A stretch of DNA of 64,000 nucleotides from Eledone cirrhosa (Eukaryota), in NCBI GenBank assembly GCA_964016885.1, contig OZ024763.1, positions 25,606,001 to 25,670,000 of the forward strand, written 5' to 3'. Every line of letters starts with the position of its first letter. The stretch's first letter is position 1. The position numbers were made by a program, and so were the translations under genes. This document shows, piece after piece, positions 41,561-55,030 of this stretch. The notes below the pieces were generated by a model. The model had not been told where the DNA came from and did not search any database. It saw only the letters and a program-made list of their open reading frames with translations.

Positions 41561-41565
<5 letters not shown>
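40273..41565 (+). mobile_element. Tc1/mariner DNA transposon, DD37D (maT) family, full length but inactivated
   Basis: 27-bp TIRs cagggtgtggacgatatttgttcgcaa / ttgcgaacaaatatcgtccgcactgtg with TA flanks. Transposase motifs WFFSDEKNF, WQQDLAPCH and WPPSSPDCNPLDFFVW, with 37 residues between the 2nd and 3rd Asp. Confidence 0.92.
40406..41441 (+). pseudogene. DD37D transposase pseudogene
   Basis: Reading frame is split by an apparent frameshift near 40460, TGA at 40789-40791, a frameshift near 40960 and TGA at 41391-41393. The HTH (SMRAIAREKGVNEKLIR) and DDD catalytic motifs are recognisable. Confidence 0.85.
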
Positions 41566-41637
<72 letters not shown>

Positions 41638-41719
41638 AGAGTCGAGACCTGATGGCTGAGCTCTTGCTGTTTCAAAAGCTAGTTCTGAATTCTTTAAAGA
41701 AAAAATTATATCTCAAACA

Positions 41720-42620
41720 TCAAGGGTGAAAGTGTTTATATTTATCTAAAAACTTTCCATCGTAATTTTATACAAGAACTTTTGCTAAGTTATGTTCCAA
41801 ACACCAACTTAACGAGAAAGTTATATTACTAAATTCCTCCAAATTCTAGATTATTTTCAAAATGGTTTGTATAAAGTAAAAGCAATGTCTTTTATTTGAA
41901 ATATGGTAACAAAAGGGTTAAAGCGTTTATATTTATCTAAAAACTTTCCATCATAATTTTATATAAGAACCTTTGTTAAGTTATGTTAAGCCAAAGTTGC
42001 TATCTTCAATTTGGTATTCATACGAACCCTTAACTATGTTCATGAATCTTGGCTAATGACCAAAAGAATAGGATCATGAATACAAGCGGCCGAAATGGGA
42101 TTCCTCCGAAGGGTCTGTGGAGTAACATTACTTGATAGAGTGTGTAGCTTGAAGATCAGAGAATCATGTTGCTACTTCTCCGAATTGAGAGATCACAGCT
42201 CCAATACTATGGCCATGTGGTTAAAATGTCTCTGGAAAGAATCGCTAGACAGATTTTATGGGCAAAACCAACCGGCAGGAGACCCAGGAGTAGACCACGA
42301 GCAAGATGGTTGGATAACATCCATGAACTTAGCTGGTCTCGCTTTGGGGATCCAGCTGGATTAGTTGAAGACGGTTGCTTTTGACAGGACCCGCTGGAAG
42401 GAGTGTTTCAGGACTCTGCCCTCATGAACCTCACAGTAATATGTTGGCAAAGAAGAAGAGAACCTTTGTTAAGTTATGTTCCAAACAACAACTTAATAAA
42501 ATAATAAGAAACGTTAGTTATGTTACTAAATCCCTCCAAATTCTTCATTGTTTTCAAAATGGTTTGAAAACTATAAAGCAATAACTTGCATTAGAAATGT
42601 GGTAAGAAAAGGGTTAATTC
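41720..42620. repeat. Second array of the same ~200-bp unit, interrupted by an RTE LINE fragment
   Basis: Same unit as 11380-12950. Confidence 0.8.
41990..42450 (+). mobile_element. RTE-clade LINE 3' fragment (second family)
   Basis: IQAAEMGFLRRVCGVTLLDRV...LRIERSQLQYYGHVVKM...GRRPRSRPRARWLDNI, with stops and a frameshift. Confidence 0.8.
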
Positions 42621-43573
42621 TATCCCCCCCTCCCTTCATCCGAGACCTTCCTAAATGTTGGCATAAACATCAATCTGTCCTTTTACTATTTAGTCAAGTC
42701 ACAGGCATAAAACATTAGACACAAAGCTACATCACCAACACCAACACCACTAATACCACAACTAACACTACTACCACCAACATTACCACTACCCCCCACT
42801 AACACCGACACTACTACCACCAACACTGCCCCCCCCCCCCCCCCCCAGTACCACTACCAACACCACCACAAACCCCACCCACTACCACAACCACCACCAC
42901 CACAGACAACACTACCACAATCCCCACCAACAACACTACCACCACTACAACCTTTACTTTTACCACCACTACCAACAACACAACCACCACCACCACTAAA
43001 ACCACTACCACCACTACAACCACCACCACCAACAACAACAACAACACCCTCCCCCACCACACTAATTACACATGGACCTAATTATACTGTATTACTGACA
43101 CCCATTATTACGAAATTAATACAATCACACACAACTTAATAGCAATAATTAATTACAGCTCAGTCAACAGAGCAGATAGTAAATACTAATAAACAACTTA
43201 TACATACTAATTAATCATAATTAACTACAAATATATATATATATAAATATAAGTATGTATACGTACATACATATATGTATACAGACGTACAGTAGTCATC
43301 ATCATCATCATTATCACCGTTTTACGTCCGTTCTTCCACGCTAGCATGGGTTAGATGGGTTGTCCTGTTGTGGGCAGTGTCTGGTCGGCTGACCATGCCT
43401 TGCTCATACAGGAACTGATTTGGCTTGATTTCTACAGCTGGATGCCCTTCCTAACACCAACCTCATTTACAGTGAGTGCTGGGTGCTTTTTCGTGGCGCC
43501 TACACGTCCACTTTACAGTGTGGGCTGGGTGCTTTTTTGCCGTGGCACCTCCACGACCACCATGTGGTGGGGG

Positions 43574-43637
<64 letters not shown>

Positions 43638-44109
43638 GGAAAAAATGAAACAAAATTTCATTTCCCACTCTTAGTACGGCTGTTACTTAAATATAAGTAT
43701 GTACACGTACATACATATATGCGTACAGACGCACAGCTGTATATATATATACATACATGCACACATATATATATATGCACGCATGGATCCACCGAACATC
43801 CACCACAATGCTCGGTGTGTTTGTAAACAAACATACATAAGGTAAGTATATACGTTCAACAATCTGGCAGGAAGGTATACGTTGCTGACAATAGCTAATA
43901 AAGTAGTATGTATATATATACATACATGCACACACATATATATGTACGTATGGGTTTACCGATCATTTATTATAATGTTCGTTTTTTTTGTAAACAAACA
44001 GCCCGAATTAAGCCGTACTGTGTTTGGCAAGCCACTATTGAGCATCCCAGCGAATGGTGCTCCCGTTGAACGCTACCGCCAAGTGTGAATTTCGCGCAGT
44101 TATTATATA

Positions 44110-44283
44110 GAGGGCAATCCCAAAAATAAGGTCCCCTTCCGAGGAAAACATGCGTAAAGATTGGCAGATCACTCTGGATGGTCTCTGCATGTTGATTCCT
44201 GAGGTTTCCCGAAGCACCATCCACAGGATTTTAACGGAAAAGTTGCAATATCGGAAGGAGACCTTACTTTTGGGATTGCCCTC
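44110..44283 (+). mobile_element. mariner deletion-derivative MITE
   Basis: 27-bp TIRs gagggcaatcccaaaaataaggtcccc / ggagaccttacttttgggattgccctc. The interior encodes a transposase HTH piece ITLDGLCMLIPEVSRSTIHRILTEKLQYRK. Adjacent 44054-44104 encodes a mariner-like N-terminus MVLPLNATAKCEFRAVI. Confidence 0.75.
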
Positions 44284-44409
44284 CTATATATATATATTGT
44301 ATATACTTATTTTGTTACAGCTACCATATATATAAGTGTTAACCTAATATATTCCTTCCAATACTGTACCGATTGTGTTGTTATTTCTGTTTACCTTTTA
44401 CACACACAC

Positions 44410-44466
<57 letters not shown>

Positions 44467-44774
44467 GGAAAAATTTGAACAGGGACAAAACAGAGAGGCA
44501 GTACAACGAATGTTTATATATATATAACGAAGGAAATGTGGTAAGGAACCAGGTGGACCATAACGCACCAAAGTACTCAATATTTAGGGTAGTAGAGTGG
44601 GTAATAGGAAAATGTTCAAGACCCCGACGGCAGAGCTCAATCCATTTCGACGGCTATTTCTAGACTAGAAATAGCCGTTGAAACAGCTTGAGCTCTGCCA
44701 TTGGGGTCTTGAACATTTTCCTATATATATATATATATATAAAAGAAATAGGATTTCGCTTCAAGCATAGCTTT

Positions 44775-45040
44775 ATACAATATTTCGTATCTCCAAAGAA
44801 ATATGGTTTTAGGAAGCCGTAGCTGGGCTAGCACCCTCTGGTGATGTCCAGCAGAAGCAAGGGGGACAATCGTCTATGCAAGCGGTGGGAGGGACCGTCC
44901 TGACGAAGGCCAGTTAAGCCTGAAATGCATAGACGGTTGTCCCCCTTGCTTCTGCTGGGCATCACCAGAGGGCGCTAGCCCTCCGGTGTTTGCATAGCTA
45001 CGGCTTCCTAAAACCGTATTTCTTTGAAGATACAAAATAT
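44775..45040. repeat. Fold-back element containing a hammerhead
   Basis: 44775-44880 is an inverted copy of 44926-45040. Confidence 0.85.
44894..44937 (+). ncRNA. Minimal type-I hammerhead ribozyme
   Basis: accguc - CUGACGA - aggc[caguuaa]gccu - GAA-A-UGCA-U-A - gacggu. Perfect 6-bp stem I, 4-bp stem II, palindromic stem III AUGCAU; predicted cleavage after 44931. Confidence 0.85.
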
Positions 45041-45059
45041 TTGTACATATATATATATA

Positions 45060-45098
<39 letters not shown>

Positions 45099-45252
45099 CC
45101 AAATGAACAGATATATGTATATATAGAGAGAGAAAGAACCATATCTCATACAAGAAACACAGTATATTGTATATATATACCAAATATATATTCTATAGAA
45201 GAATATGTACACAGGTGGAATCATAATTGAACATATTTGATATGTTTTGATT

Positions 45253-45312
<60 letters not shown>

Positions 45313-47354
45313 GGTAATTCCGAAGAAAAAGCAAAGGAAAAAAGAGTGCTCTATGTATGTTCACTTTCTAATATATATATGTATATATATATATACACAC
45401 ATACATACATACATACACACATATGACTTAAAAACATTTAAATCAAAATTTAATCTCAAAGAGGGGAAATTGGAACATTATCCACTGAAAGTTCCTTAAA
45501 CCCTAGAGAAGGGATTTTTAGGTCCCGAAATATTAGGACAGAAAAAAAGAACAGTAACAATAAAAAATAAAACAAAGATTACCAGGTAACTTTTACTTCT
45601 CCGTTACCTCATCTTACAGTCCATTTTGCATTGTTTATCCTTCTATCTCTTTCAACGTTATATATTATATATAATGCTTCAAGCAAACTACATTTTATAT
45701 TACATATACATATATACATATATGCATTAAGTGTGGCCAAAATTTGAGTATGGGTAAAGATTTATGGTACCCATTTATGTGTGTTGTATTGAAGTGAACA
45801 ATTTTGTGTCTACCCTGGGATTTTTACATAAACTTACCCATTGAGTACGCTGTGATGCAACCAGTACTAGCAGTGAAACTCATGCTAGTCCCATCAACTT
45901 ATTATTATATATATATATATGTAATATACTCATTTTAGTGATATTAAGGTATTGTTCTCAAAATAAATAATATCAGAATCTCATAGATTCGATATTATGT
46001 GAAATAATTATGTGAGATAAAGCCTTTACTGCGAAAATACAATAGTAAATATAGAGTAATGTAAATAATCGACAAGATCCCAGACCTCATTCGCTTTCCA
46101 AATGGAGTGAAACTCATTATATGGGGTCGAGGAAACAATATTTCCATTGGACTTTCCATTGTTGATACTATTTATTATCTACTGGTTGCAACTCCAGGCA
46201 GAAGGAGCAATGTGAAAGAAAGTGTCTTGCTCAAGAATATAATGCATCGCCTGATCCGTCTGGAAATCAAACTCACAACCTCACAATTGTGAATTCAATT
46301 CTAAGCCATGTTCCCACACACATGTTGTTTATTAAATTCATAAATATATAACAGCTTTAAGGGATTTGGATAAATACCAAAACAACATTACTGCAATCTT
46401 GGCTAGGAAATCTGAATATGAAAATTAGGTTTTAAAGAAGATAATAAAATTTTTTTTGTTGGTTTGTTGATCTTCCAAGCTTTTCTCTCTCTCAACTTGT
46501 TATTTCCTAAAGAAAGACTTATGTCCGATACATTGAAACTCTCATTTACTTCATCCCAAGCGTGAAACTAATAAGACTTTGTGTTTTTGCATCTCTGTGT
46601 TTGTCTTGTTTATTCTTGAACTATATATATATATAGAAGAGGGAGACCTAGGTTGACATATGTTGATGCCCTAAGGACAGACACAGACCTCTTGGAGATG
46701 CAATGATGAAGGACAGAGACCGCTAGTGAGAACTCGTCCATGGATCTCGGGAATTTTACCCACCCTAGATATATCATCATCATCGTTTAACGTCTATCTT
46801 CAACGCTAGCATCGGTTAGACAGGAATTGTCCCACTTGAGGCAAAATTGATCGGGTGATCGTGTCTTGCTCGTATAGGACTGTATCTGGCTGCTTTTCTA
46901 TGGCTGTATGCCTTTCGTAACACCAACCACATCTACAGTGTGAACTGCCTTTTTACCGTGTCTCCTACTTTACAGCATGGACTGGGTGCTTTTATATATA
47001 TATATATTGCTAACCGTCCAACCCATGCTAACATGAAAAAGTTGACGTAAAACGGTGATGATGATGATGATGATCTGTATGTGTGTGTATATATATGTGT
47101 GTGTGTGTGTGTATGTGTATACATGAGTGTGTGTATATTATATATATACAGTCCCGTCAGAGCAAGGTGCGGTGTGGCCAATCCTAGCTAGGCTTGTCTC
47201 TCGAAGCAGATGACCTATTTGACCCATGCAAACATGGAAAAATGGACATTAAACAGTGATGATGATCATCATCATGATATGTATCTATATATGTGTGTGT
47301 GCATGAGAGAGATGGGTTCCATTGGGTTTAAATGACTAAGTACTGGTAGACTAC

Positions 47355-47930
47355 TATAATTTTGAGCAGTGGAGAAGGGCCAATAATTTTAAGCAACAGA
47401 GAAGGACCTATAATTTTGAGCAGCAGAAAAGAAGGGCCCATAATTCTGAGCAGCAGAGAAGGGCAAATAATTTTCAGCAACAGAGAATGCCCTATAATTT
47501 TGAGCAGCAGAAAAGAAGGCTGTATAATTTTGAACAGTAAGGCACTGTAATTTTGAGCAGTGGAGAAGAAAGGCTTATATTTTTGAGCTGTGGAGAAGAA
47601 AGGCCTAAAATTTTGAGCAGTGGAGAAGAAAGGCCTATAATTTTGGGCAGTGGAGAAGGCCCTATAATTTTGAGCAGCAGCGAAGAAAGCCTATAATGTT
47701 GAGCAGCAAAGGAGGGTTAATAATTTTGAGCAGCAGAGAAGGGTTAATAATTTTGAGCAGTGGAGATGATCCTATATTTTTGAGCAGTGGAGAAGAAAGG
47801 CCTATAATTTTGAGCAGTGGAGAAGAAAGGTCTATAATTTGGAGCTGTGGAGAAGGCTCTATAATTTTGAGCAGCAAAGGAGGGCTAATCATTTTGAGCA
47901 ACAGAGAAGGCCCTATAATTTTGAGCAGTT
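47355..47930. repeat. ~27-30-bp minisatellite
   Basis: Unit ctataattttgagcagtggagaa(gaa)aggc. Confidence 0.9.
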
Positions 47931-48327
47931 CTGAGATTTTAGGGGTTTTTTTCTTATTTATTCTGTCCTGTTCCATGTAAGTACATCTTGTACACTACAA
48001 GTACATGGAAATATAGCTGTAACCTCTATACAGATCATATGTATTTAGCACTAATTACTAAAAATACTAAATGAGGTGTTTGAAATTGAAGGGTGATGGG
48101 GTGAGGGGCAACATTTCACATCTGGCTGACGCTTATTGTACAAGCTTTGCACGGGCCTGAGCACACACAAGCTTACCTTATTTTACACATGTCTAAAGAT
48201 TATATATATATATATATAAACACATACAGCCTGTCTAAGTATATCTTTTGTAATAATAAAAACATTGTTCCGGTCCGTAGCAATTATCTCTCTCTCTCTC
48301 TCTCCCACTTTATCTATAAATATGTAT

Positions 48328-48375
<48 letters not shown>

Positions 48376-48416
48376 AATACAGTGTTAAGTTCCGGATGGT
48401 AGCAATTATGTTTGTG

Positions 48417-48460
<44 letters not shown>

Positions 48461-48463
48461 TAC

Positions 48464-48496
<33 letters not shown>

Positions 48497-48709
48497 TATT
48501 TACACACATATACATACATATATATATATACATACATATATACATATACATATATACATACACACATATACACACATACATACATATACATATATACATA
48601 CGTACATATACACACATACACATATATATATATATATACACATACACACATATATATATATATACACACAAATATATACATACATAAATATATACATACA
48701 TACTTATAC

Positions 48710-48741
<32 letters not shown>

Positions 48742-49134
48742 ATATATATATACCTTTAATGCATATATGTATGTATGTATGTGTGTATATATATATATAT
48801 ACAAACATACACACATATATATATATATATATATACCTACAATCTAGGTCTAGGTATAAAATCTGCTAGTATCACCTTTACCTATTCTCTGTTTTCAGAG
48901 TAAATTATCCAAAACTCTCTATAAGGTACACCTTATTCCTCGTTATAATAATTAGCAGTGTACTTGAGGAAAAGGTGAGACAAGGAAGGAAAAGGAAGAA
49001 AGAAGATATAATTGGTTATCACAACAATTCTAAACTGACAAAATATTCGTCTCAATTACACAGAATACTTTAGTGTTCTGGTTTACCAAACAGAAGCTAA
49101 CCCTTTTGTGACCATATTTCTAATGAAATTCATT

Positions 49135-49810
49135 ATGGCAGTAATCGTTAGAAGGTCGGACGCCATGCTTTGCAGCATAGAGTTATGGCCCTTTGTGTTT
49201 TTAGTTTAAATCCTGCCAAGGTTAACTTTACCTTTCAGTGTTACAGGGTCGATGAAATAAAGCACCAGTAATACACTGGATTAATTGCTGGCCTTGTGCC
49301 AAAAGTAGAAACAATTATTATTATTAGTAGTAGTAGTAGGGGGGTCGGACGCCATGCTTTGCAGCATAGAGTTATGGCCCTTTGTGTTCTGAGTTCAAAT
49401 CCTGCCAAGGTTAACTTTACCTTTCATCCTTACAAGATCGACAAAATAAAGTACCAGTCACGCACTGGGGTCGATTTAATTGACTTTCCCCTCCCCAAAA
49501 TTGCTGGCCTTGTGCCTAAATAAGAAACCATTATTATTATTATTATTATGACAATATTGGTAGAGCGTTGGACGCCATGCTTTATGGGGTAGAGTTACGG
49601 CCCTTTATATTCTGAGTTTAAATCCCGCTGAGGTTAACTTTGCCTTTCATCCTTACGGGGTCGATAAAATAAAATACCAGTCATGCACTGGGGTCAATTT
49701 AATCGACTTTCCCCTCCCCCAAATTTGCTGGCCTTGTGCCTATATAACAAACCATGCAGTATCAGTAGAGTGTCGGACGCCATAGAATTACGGCCCTTTA
49801 TATTCTGAGT
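49135..49810 (+). mobile_element. Tandem cluster of a second tRNA-derived SINE family (Meta-domain-like core)
   Basis: Repeated gagttcaaatcc(B box)-gccgaggttaactttgcctttcatccttacggggtcgataaaataaagtaccag...gctggccttgtgcc. Also at 13445-13910(-), 24570-24880(+), 51120-51335(-), 52200-52665(-) and 53860-54035. The superfamily assignment is from memory of the core motif. Confidence 0.7.
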
Positions 49811-52800
49811 TAAATGCTAAAGGGTTAAGACATAACCAAAACCAAATAGAAAGCAGTGAAAGACAACCAAAGAGGGGTTCCTCCAACAGGAGTGAGGTGG
49901 CGCTGGATTGGATTGGATTGTTATAGTTTGGGAGGGCTATGCTGGTAATGTATGTATGCATGGGCCCGTAACTCCTGATAGAGTCATAGGGGCGACATAT
50001 TGACATACAGCATTTCTTGAGCATTTTAAGCCTGGCAGGGCCCATGCTTCTCCAGGCCTGAGTACAACAGATTTCTTCCAGATGATAGAAAGTGAGAGAG
50101 TGGACGTGGTAAAGAGATATAGAGGAAGAATTGACCCCAGTATTTGACTGGTACTTTTTATCAACCTCAAAGGCTGAATGGCAAAGTTGACCTCTGCGGG
50201 ATTTAAACTCACAGAGCAGAGAGCCATAACAAATAGTAGAATGTAAATATAGTAGAAAGTCAGGGCCTGACGGCTGAGTTCTTGCCATTGCGACAGCAAA
50301 ATCCAGACTGGAATTTGCTGTCAAAATGGCAAGAGCTCAGCTGGTGGGCCCTGACACTCTACTAAGCATACATATATATCATCATCATCACAACTTTACT
50401 CTGTAAAGTTATGTTGGTACCACAAAACATCCAGCCCACACTGTAAAGTGGTCATGTAGGTGTCACGACAAGAAGCACCCAACACACACTGTAAATGTGG
50501 TTGGCATTAGGAAGGGTATCCAGCCATAGAAAACCAACCGCAAAACACCCAGCCTACACTGTAAAGTGGACATGTAAAAGACATGACACAAAGCACCCAG
50601 CACACACTATAAATGTGGTCGGCGTTAGGAAGGGCATCCAGCCGTAGAAAACAGTCCTATACGATCGAGACACAGTCACCCAACCCAACTTGCCTCAAAT
50701 GGGACAAACCCGTCTAACCCATGCTAGCATGGAAAATAGATGATGATGATGATGATATATATAACATATTTAATGAAATGATAGTTCCTTAACAAAACAT
50801 AAAACACACCTTACATATTTCCAAATCATTTTTTATTGTTGTTGTTGATGTTGTTGTAGTAGTTGTTAAAATATTTGAACATTTGGCAATGTCATCAGTA
50901 TCTGTAAGCATGGCATGCAAGAAATGGCTTCTTATATAACTACACAAACACCTCTATCAGTCCCCACCACCACCTCACAGTCATCAGTCCCAGCCACAAA
51001 GCCCTACACCCCCACCACACCACACCTCTTCCTCCTCCACCATTCATCTAATTGCATCGTAAACCAATCTCTTCTGACATAAACTCTACACTAGATATAA
51101 GTTTCTAAATGGAAAAAAATAATAATGGTTTCTTATATTGGCACAAGGCTAGTAATTTGGGGGAAAGTCGATTGAATCGACCCCAGTGCGTGACTGCTAC
51201 TTTATTTTATCGACCCCCGTAAGGATGAAAGGCAAAGTTAACCTCGGCGGGATTTGAACTCGGACCATAAAGGGCCGTAACTCTATGCTGAAAAGCATGG
51301 AGTCATGGCATCCGACCCTCTACCAATACTGCCAATCCACCATCTCCATCACCATCACCATCACCATCATCATCATCACCACCATCATCACCACCACCAT
51401 CATCACCATTGAAAATTATGTCATCCTGGAGAACATTAAGAGTGTGTGGGTGTATGTGTTTTTGTATTTGTTTGTATGTGTGTCACTGTGTTGCTGTGTG
51501 TCTGTGTATGTGTGTGTGTATCTGTCTGTGACTGTATATGTGTGTCTGTGTCAGTGTGTGTGTTAGTGTGAGTCTATGTATTTGTGTCTGTGGATTGTGT
51601 GCCTGTGTCAGTGTGTGTGTGTCTGTGTGTGTTTGTGCACATGTATGTGTCAGTGTGTGTCTGTATGTATTTGTGTGTGGATGTGTCAGTGTGTAGAGTA
51701 GATGTGTGTGTGTGTGTGTGCCTGTATGAGTGTGTGTGTGTGGATGTATGGATTGTGTGTGTGTGTCAGTGTGTAGATGTGTGTCTGTGTGCGTGTGCCT
51801 GTATGAGAATCTGTGTGTGTCTGTGTGTGTTTGTGTGCATGTATGTGTCAGTGTGTGTCTGTATGTATTTGTGTGTGGATGTGTCAGTGTGTAGAGTAGA
51901 TGTGTGTGTGCCTGTATGAGTGTGTGTGTGGATGTATGGATTGTGTGTGTGTGTCAGTGTGTAGATGTGTGTCTGTATGAGTGGATGTGTGTGTGTGTGT
52001 GTTGTATGATAAGTGAAGTCACTCTGACCGGGGAATTGAAACCAGATGCCATTTTTCCATTTGCAGGAGGCAGTGGAAGAAGGGAGATAGGGAGTGGGAG
52101 GTTTACTTCAATCTCAGCTCATCCCATCATGATCCTTCATTTTCTTTTCTTTTCTGCTCCCCACAATTACTGCTTCAACAGCAATAATAATAGCAATAAT
52201 AATAATTGTTTCTACTTTTGGCACAAGGCCAGCAATTACACAATACATTACTGGTACTTTATTTTATCGACCCCATAATAATGGTTTCTTATATAGGCAA
52301 AAGGCCAGCAATTTTGGGCGAAGGGAAAGTCGAATAAATCGACCCCAATGCGTGACTGGTACTTTATTTTATCAACCCCGCAAGGATGAAAGGTAAAGTT
52401 AACCTCGGCGGGATTTGAATTCAGATCATAAAGGGCTATAACTCTATGCTGCAAAGTATGGCGTCCCTACCAATACTGCCAATCTAATGATGGTTTCTTA
52501 TATAGGCACAAGACCAGCAATTTTGGGGGAGGGGAAAGTTGATTAAATCGACTTCAGTGCATTACTGGTACTTTATTTTATCGACCCCGTAAGGATGAAA
52601 GGCAAAGCTATAAGCTCGACAATATTTGAACTCAAAACGTAAAGGGTCATAACTCTATGCTGCAGAACATATCTGATGAGAATAATACAACAGTCGATCA
52701 ACAAGATTCCAGACATCATTTACTTAATGAGTGGGGTGGAGCTTGTCAAATCGGACCGAGGAAACAATGTTTCCATTGGTCTTTCCAATTGCTAATACTA

Positions 52801-53363
52801 TCTACCGGTCGCAACTCCAGGTAGAAGGAGAAATGTGAAATAAAGTGTCTTGCTCAAGGACATAACGCATCACCTAGTCCAGGAATCAAACTCACAACCT
52901 CACAATTGCGAATCAAATTCTCTAACCACACAGCCACATGACTTTGCAGATTTAAGCACATATAATAAATACAATTATTGCTAGGAACATCACAAATATA
53001 AAACAGTCGATGAACAAGATTCCAGACAGCATTCACTTAACAAGTGGGGTGGAGCTCATCAAATCAGACCGAGGAAACAATGTTTCCAGTGGTCTTTCTA
53101 ATTGCTAATACTATCTATCAGTCACAAACCCAGGCAGAAGGAGCAACATGAAATAAAGTGTCTTGTTCAAGGACATAACGCATCACCTAGTCCAGGAATT
53201 GAAATCACAATCTCACGATTGTGAATCCAATTCTCTAACCACTCAGCCACACGCCTCACCACGAAATGGGGTCGATAAAATAAAGTACCAGTAATGCACT
53301 GGAATAATTGCTGGCCTTGTGCCAAAAGCAGAAACAATTATTATTATTATCATCATTAGTGCA

Positions 53364-53885
53364 TTACTGGTACTTTATTTTATTGAACTTGTGACAATGA
53401 TGATAATAAAGATAGCTGTAATAATTGTTTCTAATTATGGCACAAGGCCAGCACATCATCAGTATATTACTGGTACTTTATTTTATTGAACTTGTGACAA
53501 TGATGATAATAAAGATAGCTGTAATAATTGTTTCTAATTATGGCACAAGGCCAGCACATCATCAGTATATTACTGGTACTTTATTTTATCGAACTTGTGA
53601 CAATGATGATGATAAAGATAGCTGTAATAATTGTTTCTACGTTTGGCACAAGGCCAGCAAATCTCCAGTATATTACTGGTACTTTATTTTATTGAACTTG
53701 TGACAATGATGATGATAAAGATAGCTGTAATAATTGTTTCTACTTTTGGCACAAGGCCAGCAAATCCTCAGTATATTACTGGTACTTTATTTTATCGAAC
53801 TTGTGACAATGATGATGATAAAGATAGCTGTAATAATTGTTTCTAATTTTGGCACAAGGCCAGCAAATCCTCAGTGCATTACTGG
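53364..53885. repeat. 103-bp tandem repeat (5 copies) built from SINE pieces
   Basis: ttactggtactttatttta recurs every 103 bp; the unit contains the SINE motifs ggcacaaggccagc and ttactggtactttattttatcg. Confidence 0.88.
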
Positions 53886-54654
53886 TACTTTATTTTATCG
53901 ACCCCGTAAGGATGAAAGGCAAAGTTAATCCCGCCGAGGTAAACTTTACCTTTCATCCTTATGGGGTCGGTAAAATAAAGTACCAGTAACGTACTGGTAA
54001 TTGCTGTCCTTGTGCCAAAAGTAGAAACAATTATTATTAACGATAATAATATGCGCATTCCGCTCTAATTAACTCTATTTCTCTGCTGTCTGAAATTTCT
54101 TCATGTTTCAGCTTTCCTAAGCATGTGTGTAGTGTGGGTGTGTGTGTGTGTGTGGGTGGGTGGGTGTGTGTATGTGTGTGTCTATGTACATATGTGCTTG
54201 CATATTTGTGTGTATGCATGGATGTATGTAAGTGTGTCTATGTGCACATGTGCTTGCATATGTGAGTGTGTAAGTGTGTATGTGTATGCATGTATATATG
54301 CCTGTGTGTGTATGTGTATGCCTGTTTGTGGTGTGTGTGCATGCATACACGAGTGTATTATGTGTGTGTGAGTGAGTATGTGCGTGCATGTATGTGTGTG
54401 CATATATGTGAGAGAGTATGTATACATGTGTGTGCATATGTGCTTACATACATGCCTGTATATATATATATATATGTGTGTCTATATGCATATGTACATA
54501 TGTGTGTGTGTGTACATGCATGTATGTGTGTGTCGATATATATATATACACACATACACACACACAGTCCTTACAGAGGACAGATAATCTGCTATTTCCA
54601 GAAATGATGTTCTAAATGTCAGCTATTTTATTAAATTCCTCCAAATGTTTGAGT

Positions 54655-55030
54655 TAGGACAGTAGGGTGTGATTTGAGGGAGATTTGGCTGGTGTTTCTA
54701 GCAAGTCAAATGACCACACAGAAAAGAGTCCCTTATTAGCCACTATGTTAATGAAAGGGTTAAAAGACAGTAGGGTGTGATTTGAGTTGATTGGGCTGGT
54801 GTTTCTAGCAAGTCAAATGACCACACAGAAAAGGGTCCCTTATTGGCCACTATTTTAATGAAAGGGTTAAAAGGCAGTAGGGGGTCATTTGAGTTGATTT
54901 GGCTTGGGTTCCAAGCAGGTCAAATGACCACACAGAAAAGGGTCCCTTATTGGCCACTATGTTAATGAAAGGGTTAAAAGGCAGTAGGGTGTGATTTGAG
55001 GGAGATTCAGCTATTATTTCCAGCAGTTCA
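54655..55030. repeat. ~105-bp tandem repeat with units ending aaagggttaa
   Basis: Unit cagtagggtgtgatttgag...tttctagcaagtcaaatgaccacacagaaaag...atgaaagggttaa; further copies at about 55425 and 55740. Confidence 0.8.

Noticed and set aside
49788-50324. 178-aa minus-strand ORF
   Set aside because: Mosaic of SINE and MITE pieces plus unclassified sequence; no recognisable domain.
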